From contig CAXXWT010000005.1 of assembly GCA_963674685.2 (NCBI GenBank), forward strand, positions 711,579 to 775,578: DNA of 64,000 nucleotides, read 5' to 3'. Position numbers and translations under genes: made by a program. Origin of the DNA: a bacterium. Its GTDB lineage: Bacteria > Lernaellota > Lernaellaia > JACKCT01. The notes under the pieces are model-generated. The model was not told where the DNA came from and ran no database searches. It saw only the letters and a list, made by a program, of their open reading frames with translations. Below, one piece after another: positions 54,762 to 61,826 of this stretch (positions are counted from its first letter, which is position 1; the number at the start of each line of letters is the position of its first letter).

Positions 54762-56452
54762 CAGGAGCCTTCCCGCCCGGCCAGTTGCGTTTCGGAATAC
54801 ACGTCATGCCCGACTTTTGGCTCCGGAAAATTTCGATCTTGGTATGGGCGAAACAGGTTCTTTTCGAGGATCGTCCTGTTTTCTTCAATAAACTTCGTCA
54901 CCTCGGCGTTTTTACTTGAGTCATGCCCTTTTTTCAAAAGGATGTAGCCGTCTTCGAATTGCGTCACGCCGTACTGACCACCCGCGACAATCTTTTCCAG
55001 ATCATCCAAATATTGATTTCGCTCCATGAGATATTCGAAGGAAAAAAGATCGACGTAAATATAATCCTCGACGACGTCGTTTCGAAACCACTCAAAAGAA
55101 CGCAGCCGCCCGCGGCCGCGCATGAGGCTTTTGGGGAAAAGATTCCACTGGGCGCGAACAAAAGCCCCCTCCGGTATCGCTTCGGGGATTTCCCAGCCGA
55201 GCTTGTCGTGGGCGGTTTGCTCGTAATATCGCCCGTCGTAATGAATGTTCAAAGGCAGCGGTCCGGCGATCATCGGCGGCCAAATGATGCGCGCCACGAA
55301 AGTCAAAAATACTACACTCAGCATCATATAGGGCGCGTTCATCATGCCGAAACTGTTTTCGCGAAAATATTTATAAAGCGCGCTTGCGCCCATGGCAAAA
55401 CACGCCATGAGAATGCCGGTCAGATAAAAATAGTTGTTGTGAATGAAAATATTGGGGCTGTAAATTCCCGCATAAACGTTCTGATAAGTGATGAGCGGAA
55501 CCATGCCGGATGTCGTCAAAAAGATCATGGCGATTTCCGGCAACGCGCACAAAAAATATCCGCCCGCCAGCACCGGGATAAAAAGAAAAGACAAGAGCAA
55601 CGCCAGGTGCGCGGCGTTGGCTTCGATAAAAATCTGCTTGATAGTGAAAATCGGCCGCGTCGCCATGGACACAAAGGCTTCGCCGACGGTTTCGCCGTAG
55701 GCCGCAAGATGCACTTCCTTGGCGGATACGGATACGTTGTAGCGGCTCGACAAAAAAGCGGCGATGATGAGCATGCACGCCAGAAGCGCCGCGCATATCA
55801 AAAACGGCGTTTTGGCGTGCCTGGCTTTCGGCTCGCGCCGCCAGGCGAGCAATCCGATCAGAACCGCCATGAACATCAGATTCACTTTTCCCAGCCCGGC
55901 GAAAACCAATAGCAGCGCGGAAAGCCCGGGCCATCCTTTGGCCCGTGCAAGGAAAAACGCGGGAAAAAACGGCGCGGATAAAAGATAACTGCGCCACCCC
56001 ATCAGGGCGAAAGCCCACAAGTACGCATTGCAGGCCAGAGCGATAATCACGACAAGCCCCACCCAGGGATTGCGTGAAATTTGCACCGCCAGCAGATATG
56101 ACAAAAACAGCGCTGCGGTCAAAGCTCCGATCTGCAAAACCAGCAGCGTATAGACGCTCGGGATAACAGCGTAAAACAACATGCCGACGTATTGAAGCGG
56201 TTCCAGGGTCAGAAAAAACCAGGACGTAGGATTGAAATTTATGGCGGCGAAAACTCCGTCGCTGCGCGCCATCTCGAAAATCTGCGTCATCTGCTGAATG
56301 TCGAAATGCGTCACGTCAAGGCAAAGATATTTTTTGTGCGCGATATAAAAAACCACGACGAAAAACACGGCGCACACAAAAAGGGCCGCGACGGTTGGAA
56401 GATTCAGTTTACGCAAACGGCCGGATTTCACGTGATCCCCGATGTTCATCAA
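54761..56452 (-). CDS. Polytopic membrane protein, DUF2079-like (GT-C-type glycosyltransferase-like)
   Basis: At least 10 hydrophobic segments. An N-proximal 'THFDIQQMTQIFEMARSDG' and 'LEPLQYVGMLFYAVIPSVYTLLVLQ' resemble the DUF2079 'fDLg.f.Q' and 'HfsP...Q' motifs. Large C-terminal soluble domain. Confidence 0.5.
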   Translation of the reverse strand: MMNIGDHVKSGRLRKLNLPTVAALFVCAVFFVVVFYIAHKKYLCLDVTHFDIQQMTQIFEMARSDGVFAAINFNPTSWFFLTLEPLQYVGMLFYAVIPSVYTLLVLQIGALTAALFLSYLLAVQISRNPWVGLVVIIALACNAYLWAFALMGWRSYLLSAPFFPAFFLARAKGWPGLSALLLVFAGLGKVNLMFMAVLIGLLAWRREPKARHAKTPFLICAALLACMLIIAAFLSSRYNVSVSAKEVHLAAYGETVGEAFVSMATRPIFTIKQIFIEANAAHLALLLSFLFIPVLAGGYFLCALPEIAMIFLTTSGMVPLITYQNVYAGIYSPNIFIHNNYFYLTGILMACFAMGASALYKYFRENSFGMMNAPYMMLSVVFLTFVARIIWPPMIAGPLPLNIHYDGRYYEQTAHDKLGWEIPEAIPEGAFVRAQWNLFPKSLMRGRGRLRSFEWFRNDVVEDYIYVDLFSFEYLMERNQYLDDLEKIVAGGQYGVTQFEDGYILLKKGHDSSKNAEVTKFIEENRTILEKNLFRPYQDRNFPEPKVGHDVYSETQLAGREGS

Positions 56453-56476
56453 ACTTATTCGGCAACGCCCCGGATT

Positions 56477-57736
56477 TTATGGCTCTTCTTCCGAGTCCTG
56501 CGCGAGGCATTGATCGGCAATCGCCGGGCACTCGCTTTGAAGGACGCAATTCCTTTTGAGTTGCGACCAGCCTTCGATGCACGTCTGCTGGCAATCCAAC
56601 TGGGCCTGCGCGTCGATAAGCCCGCACTCCGACATTTTTGCGCAGCATGACGCGCATTCGTTGGTCACATCTTCTTCGAGAGCCCCTTTGGCCTCCAGGC
56701 ATCCGTCCAGATCAACGCACGGCGAAGCGAGCATGCACTGCCTTTCCGCGTCGCTGAATTCTATAGGGCAATTCTCGATGCACAAATCGTATTCCCAGTC
56801 ATTCAAAGCCGCGCATTCAATCAGCCGCAGGCAAACGTCGATGCACTGGGAACCGGCGATATCCATGCACTTCTCCGCGTCGTCGCAGATTTCCTGGCCC
56901 GCCAGGCAAAGCGCTATCTCCAGATCCCATTCCTCCTCGCAAAGGATGTAGCAGTCATCTTCGTCGGCGGTGGTCAGCTCACAAACCACGGCGGCGTCGC
57001 AGGCCAAAAGGCACAATTCGCTGGGCAACTCCTCCAGCGCGCACTGGGATTCTATGTCGTCGCACTCCTGCCGTAAGACGCAGTCTTTGGCCGGATCGTC
57101 CATTCCGTCTTCGCAATAATCCACACAGTCCAGCGCCCCGTCGGAAACCGAGAATCCGCAGCTTTCGAGCTTATCACAGACCTGCGTGCAATCCGTGGAA
57201 GGATGCAGATCGACGCAGTGGTCGGGGGCTTTTTCGCAGTCGGCTTTGCGCAGACATTCCCGCTGGGTTTTCGTCCACTCACCGACGCAGGTCTCGACGC
57301 ATTCCTCGGGCTCCATATCCATCCAGGGGCACGCCATCAACTCGATGCAAAGCTCCGCGCAGCTTTCTTCTTCCGATTCAATGAAACAAAGCTCTTCGAT
57401 CCGGTCGCAATCCGCCGCGGCGATGCAATCCTGAATCCGCACGGTCCATTCGTCTTCGCACCAGGGCATGCACAGTTCGCGGTCCGTCAGCAGGCCGCAG
57501 TCGTCGATGCGTGAGCAGCTTTGTTTGCAGCGTTTTTTGCGAAGATGCTCGGGATCGTTCGGATCGAATTCCTCGATACTTTTCATGCGCTCGGCGCGCC
57601 GGTTCATTTCGTCCATCAGATCGCGAAAAGGATCTTCGGCGAAAGCGCCGTACGCTAAAACAACGGCCATGAAAACGCAGTACGCGCCGAAGACGGCCAT
57701 TCGATTTTGTAAAAAAGATTTGTTCATTGCTCGCAA
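56477..57736 (-). CDS. Secreted acidic protein made of six repeats of about 57 aa, each with 8 Cys
   Basis: Signal peptide ...MAVFGAYCVFMAVVLAYGAFA. Six units follow C-x3-C-x5-C-x9/10-C-x3-C-x10-C-x5/6-C-x5/6-C (for example CKQSCSRIDDCGLLTDRELCMPWCEDEWTVRIQDCIAAADCDRIEELC). Confidence 0.75.
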   Translation of the reverse strand: MRAMNKSFLQNRMAVFGAYCVFMAVVLAYGAFAEDPFRDLMDEMNRRAERMKSIEEFDPNDPEHLRKKRCKQSCSRIDDCGLLTDRELCMPWCEDEWTVRIQDCIAAADCDRIEELCFIESEEESCAELCIELMACPWMDMEPEECVETCVGEWTKTQRECLRKADCEKAPDHCVDLHPSTDCTQVCDKLESCGFSVSDGALDCVDYCEDGMDDPAKDCVLRQECDDIESQCALEELPSELCLLACDAAVVCELTTADEDDCYILCEEEWDLEIALCLAGQEICDDAEKCMDIAGSQCIDVCLRLIECAALNDWEYDLCIENCPIEFSDAERQCMLASPCVDLDGCLEAKGALEEDVTNECASCCAKMSECGLIDAQAQLDCQQTCIEGWSQLKRNCVLQSECPAIADQCLAQDSEEEP

Positions 57737-57968
57737 ATCCGATTGATACCAGTATCTACGAACGCGCCGGAAGAACTGTCAAGGCGTTATTCATTTTTCC
57801 CGGGATAGCCGAGATCCCAAACCGACCCGTATTGACGGGCTTTTGCATTTTTACATAGAGTGTCATTTAGGTTCCATGAGAGCAGATCAAAACAAAATTC
57901 GACCTTTGAATAAGCGTGACATTCGACGCTGCATTGATTATTGCGCGCGTAAGGAATTGGAGGAAAAT

Positions 57969-59759
57969 ATGGCGAGTGATCCTTATTTCGTGGATGAGTC
58001 CCACCCGTGGTTTTCGCCCGAAGCCGGCTGGCCCGACGAGGTTCCCAAGAACACGACTTTTGAAAAGCGCGTTCTCGGCGACATCCTGCGTGAAACGGCG
58101 AAAAAATATCCCGACAAACCGGCCATGTGGTTCCAGGGCGCTTATATGAACTACCGGGATCTGGACGACTACGTGGACCGCGTGGCGACGGCCCTGGCCA
58201 ATCTGGGTTTGAAAAAACCCGACGTCGTGGCTTTGCTTTTGCCCAACTCATTTCAATACGTGGTCTGTTATTACGCCTGTCAGCGCCTCGGGCTGATCGT
58301 TTCCGGCTGCAACCCGACGTACAAGGCCGGGGAAATTCTACACCAGCTCAAAACGGTGAACGCCAAGGCCATGATCGTTCTGGACATCCTCTACGCCGAC
58401 GCCGTGGCTCCGATCCGCAAAGACAGCCCGGTCCAGATCTACATCAAATCCAACATCACCGACCTGCTCGGACTTTCGCCGATCAAGAAACTGCTCGGCA
58501 ACATGCTCGGCAAGATCCCCAAGGCCGACGTGCCTGACGCCAAGGATTTCAAGGATATGCTCAAGACCGCTCCGGCGGTTCCGAAGGTCAACGTGGACGC
58601 CGACGACACGGCGACCTTCATCATGACCGGCGGAACCACCGGCGTTCCCAAAGCGGCGGTTCTGTCTCATTTCAACTGCGTGTCGAATGCGTACCAATGC
58701 TCCCTCTGGCTGTTCAAGGTCAAAGCCGGCTCCGGCGTCATCGGCATCCTGCCGCTATTTCACAGCTTCGCCATGACCTGCGTGATGAATATTTCCATCA
58801 TGCTCGGCTGCTGGATGATCCTTTATCCCAAGCCCCCCGAAATGGAGGTTTTGTGCAAGGACATCACGAAACTCAGCCCGCCCGAGGGAACGATGTTTCC
58901 CGGCGCCGAAGTCCTCTTCAAGCGCCTGGCCGAGTTCCCCGACGTGGGCAAATACGACTTGGCGGGAAAAATCAATCTGGCGGTTTCCGGCGCCGGCCCC
59001 CTTCATCGCCCTGTTCAGGAAGCCTATGAAAGAATCACCAAAGGCCGCCTGGCGGAAGGCTACGGCCTGACCGAATCGACGCCCGTGGTCAGCGCGCATC
59101 CCTTCTGGGGCAACCGCAAGATCGGGACTATCGGCCTGCCCTTCCCCGGCACCGAATGGCGGATCGTGGACATCAGCGATCCTTCGGTCGTGATCAACCC
59201 GGGCGAAATGACGAAAGACGACGACGGCGAGGTCATCCCCAAGTCCGGCGAGTTGATCGTGGCCGGACCGCAGGTCATGGTCGGATATTTGAATCAGCCC
59301 GGCGAAACCGCGTCCCACATCGTCGCAATGGACGGCAAGCAATGGCTTTTAACCGGCGACATCGGCTTCATGGACGAACAGGGCCGCATTTCCATCAACG
59401 ACAGAAAGAAGCAACTGATTAAAAACAAGGGGTGGTCCGTGTTCCCGACGGAGGTCGAAACCTTGATGATGGGACACGAAGCGGTCAACGAATGCGCCGT
59501 GGCCGGCATCCCCGAAGCCGAGACCGCCGGAGAGACCATCAAGGCCTGGGTCGTTTTGCATCCCGAATTCGAGGGAAAAGTCACCAGCGAAGATCTCACG
59601 AAGTGGGCCAAGGAAAACATGACCTTCTACAAGGTTCCGAAGCACATCGAGATCATCGGCGAGATACCCAAAAGCGCCATCGGCAAGGTGATGCGTCGGA
59701 CATTGCAGGAAGCCGATCCGCTCTACATCGAACATAAGAAAAAGCGCTCCGAAGCCTGA
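57969..59759 (+). CDS. Long-chain-fatty-acid--CoA ligase (AMP-binding family)
   Basis: GGAGG RBS. 'TGGTTGVPKAAVLSH', 'EGYGLTES', 'TGDIGFMDEQGRISINDRKKQLIK', 'PKSAIGKVMRR'. Confidence 0.9.
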   Translation: MASDPYFVDESHPWFSPEAGWPDEVPKNTTFEKRVLGDILRETAKKYPDKPAMWFQGAYMNYRDLDDYVDRVATALANLGLKKPDVVALLLPNSFQYVVCYYACQRLGLIVSGCNPTYKAGEILHQLKTVNAKAMIVLDILYADAVAPIRKDSPVQIYIKSNITDLLGLSPIKKLLGNMLGKIPKADVPDAKDFKDMLKTAPAVPKVNVDADDTATFIMTGGTTGVPKAAVLSHFNCVSNAYQCSLWLFKVKAGSGVIGILPLFHSFAMTCVMNISIMLGCWMILYPKPPEMEVLCKDITKLSPPEGTMFPGAEVLFKRLAEFPDVGKYDLAGKINLAVSGAGPLHRPVQEAYERITKGRLAEGYGLTESTPVVSAHPFWGNRKIGTIGLPFPGTEWRIVDISDPSVVINPGEMTKDDDGEVIPKSGELIVAGPQVMVGYLNQPGETASHIVAMDGKQWLLTGDIGFMDEQGRISINDRKKQLIKNKGWSVFPTEVETLMMGHEAVNECAVAGIPEAETAGETIKAWVVLHPEFEGKVTSEDLTKWAKENMTFYKVPKHIEIIGEIPKSAIGKVMRRTLQEADPLYIEHKKKRSEA

Positions 59760-59793
59760 TCGAAGCGCCGCAATAAATCGTCGAGTTAAAAAA

Positions 59794-59821
59794 ATCCGGC
59801 CTGCGTTAAACCAGGCCGGAT
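59794..59821. terminator. Bidirectional rho-independent terminator between convergent genes
   Basis: atccggcctg (59794-59803) pairs with caggccggat (59812-59821). It is flanked by an A-run upstream and a T-rich tract downstream. Confidence 0.75.
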
Positions 59822-59846
59822 TTCTTTTCTTGAATATTCAAGGCGA

Positions 59847-60368
59847 TCAAACGCCGTCGAGAATGATCGGATTCTGGCTTTCGAACCAGGTTTCGGGACT
59901 TTCCAGATATTCGATGCTCGAAAGCAAAAGAGCCTTATGGGCTTTTTCCTCGCGTGACATGATTTCGAAAAATCGTCTCGCTTCGGCGTTTTCCGTGTTC
60001 TTGGCGGCTTCGGCGAAGAATTTGATTCCCTTGTCCTCGAATTCGACGCCGGCCTTGAGCACGGCCAGATCGTCGGCTTCGCCGGGAAATTTCGCTTCCG
60101 GATTATTGATAGCCTCCGAGAAAATCGTTTTTCCTTCCATGGCGTCAAGGCCCATGGTCTTGGCGTCCTTCGGCGACTCCTGCCCGTCGATGATTCCCGT
60201 CATGACCTTCTTGATGATGCTTTTATGCTTCAGCTCTTCCTTTGCCAGAAACCGCAAGATATCTTTGCCGAAAGGATGCTTCGATCGCTCGACTCCGTTG
60301 CGATAAAGCGTATAACCCTCTTCTTCGGTTTTGATGGCCAGATCGTATGCCCGCTTTAAGTCACTCAT
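59847..60368 (-). CDS. Ferritin-like (rubrerythrin-type four-helix-bundle) protein
   Basis: Duplicated 'E..G..(F/L)Y....' and 'A.EE..H' helices: 'KTEEEGYTLY...LAKEELKHKSII' and 'GVEFEDKGIKFF...MSREEKAHKALL'. Confidence 0.6.
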   Translation of the reverse strand: MSDLKRAYDLAIKTEEEGYTLYRNGVERSKHPFGKDILRFLAKEELKHKSIIKKVMTGIIDGQESPKDAKTMGLDAMEGKTIFSEAINNPEAKFPGEADDLAVLKAGVEFEDKGIKFFAEAAKNTENAEARRFFEIMSREEKAHKALLLSSIEYLESPETWFESQNPIILDGV

Positions 60369-60404
60369 TCAATAACCTCCTCGCGCAAACGTTAATTCAA
60401 TAAC

Positions 60405-60890
60405 TTAAGCGCCAACGTGAATGCCCTCTTCATATTCCTCAAAGAACAGCGGGGCTTTTTTATAAAACGCCAGTTCCGCTTTCAATGTCCTCTCATGGCC
60501 TTTCTCGAATTCCACAAGGTACTCGAACATGACGCGGCTTGTTTCGCCTTCGGCGGTTTTTGCGCCGTTCTTATACAGTTTCTGCGCATCCCGCTCACGC
60601 TCGATGGCGAAAAGAAGCAGCTCTTCGATGGAAGCATCGCCGGAAATGGTTTCTTCCGGATGCGCGGATTTCCATTGTTCCGGAACCACCGGCCTGTCGC
60701 CGGTGATTTTCTTATATTCGGCGTTGAGAATGGCCCGGTGTTTTCTTTCCTCTTTTGCCAGGCTGTTGAATTTTTCCTTGATGATGGGATTGGGGATGCG
60801 CCTTGCCAGATCCTGGTAAAATTTCGCGGCGTCCTTTTCCTTTTTGATGGCGATTCCGAGAATTTCCAGTTTCGTCAGTCCGCGATACAT
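60405..60890 (-). CDS. Ferritin-like (rubrerythrin-type) protein, paralog-like neighbour
   Basis: 'IKKEKDAAKFYQDLA...LAKEERKHRAIL' and 'IERERDAQKLYKNGA...VEFEKGHERTLK'. Confidence 0.6.
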   Translation of the reverse strand: MYRGLTKLEILGIAIKKEKDAAKFYQDLARRIPNPIIKEKFNSLAKEERKHRAILNAEYKKITGDRPVVPEQWKSAHPEETISGDASIEELLLFAIERERDAQKLYKNGAKTAEGETSRVMFEYLVEFEKGHERTLKAELAFYKKAPLFFEEYEEGIHVGA

Positions 60891-61150
60891 TCATTCCCCC
60901 CTGTTTTGAATTCCCCTGATCGAAAAATGCCAAACATTGAAATTGGCATAATAAGTTAACATGTCCGATTTTGAATTGCCATAAAGGATATAATTTCGTT
61001 TTCTTTTTAACACAAATGCCTCGCCGCATGTCATAATAGGCGATAAAGGAGGCCGCAGGGTCGCATTTGCTTAAGCTTAAGCGGCACTTGACACTCAAAA
61101 CGGCGCTCCCGTAGCATTGCATGATTATAACGCCGGGAGATTCACCAGGC

Positions 61151-61801
61151 ATGCGTACGAAAATTCTGATTTCAGCCGCGGTATTCGTCGGGCTTTTGAC
61201 CGTGTGGAACTATTTCAGCACCCCGAAACCCCCCGTTCTGGGACTTGAGAGACCCGTCATTGACAGAACCGTTTTCAGCGGAGATGCGGCGAAAAATCCT
61301 GCCGCCGCCAGAGCCGCGCAAAGGCGGAAGGAAAAACAGGAGAAAATGAAAAAGAACACGGCCGCCGACGCCGATTCCGAGCAGGATGAAGAAAAAAGCG
61401 GTTTACTGAAAAACTTTTTCAACAATGCCGACGACGGCGGGGCAAACGTGAAAAAAAGTCCGGCGGCCGCCAGAACCGGCAAGAAGGCACCATTTAAGCC
61501 GAACCGTTCGATTTCCACTCGATCGAACGTCAAAAAGAACAAAAATGATTTTTTGGCCAAAAGAAGAGAAGCCCGTAAAAAACGTATGGAAGCGCGCAGA
61601 AAAGCCCGCGAGGAAAGAGCCGCCAATAACGATAACAACGCCGGCGACAACGAAGCGATTGACAATGAGCCTCCGGAATTGGCGCCCGAGGAATACGAAC
61701 CCGAACCACCCGTCGATGAACCCGAATACGAGCCCGAAGAAACGGACAATATCGATGCCGGAGCGCCGGCTGCGGAGGAAGAAGGAGAAATCATCGAATG
61801 A
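61151..61801 (+). CDS. N-terminally anchored low-complexity Lys/Glu/Ala-rich protein
   Basis: MRTKILISAAVFVGLLTVWNYF is a TM segment. The rest is K/R/E/A-rich with no recognisable domain. Confidence 0.45.
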   Translation: MRTKILISAAVFVGLLTVWNYFSTPKPPVLGLERPVIDRTVFSGDAAKNPAAARAAQRRKEKQEKMKKNTAADADSEQDEEKSGLLKNFFNNADDGGANVKKSPAAARTGKKAPFKPNRSISTRSNVKKNKNDFLAKRREARKKRMEARRKAREERAANNDNNAGDNEAIDNEPPELAPEEYEPEPPVDEPEYEPEETDNIDAGAPAAEEEGEIIE

Positions 61802-61826
61802 CGGATGCTCGTGGGCGGTGAATTGA

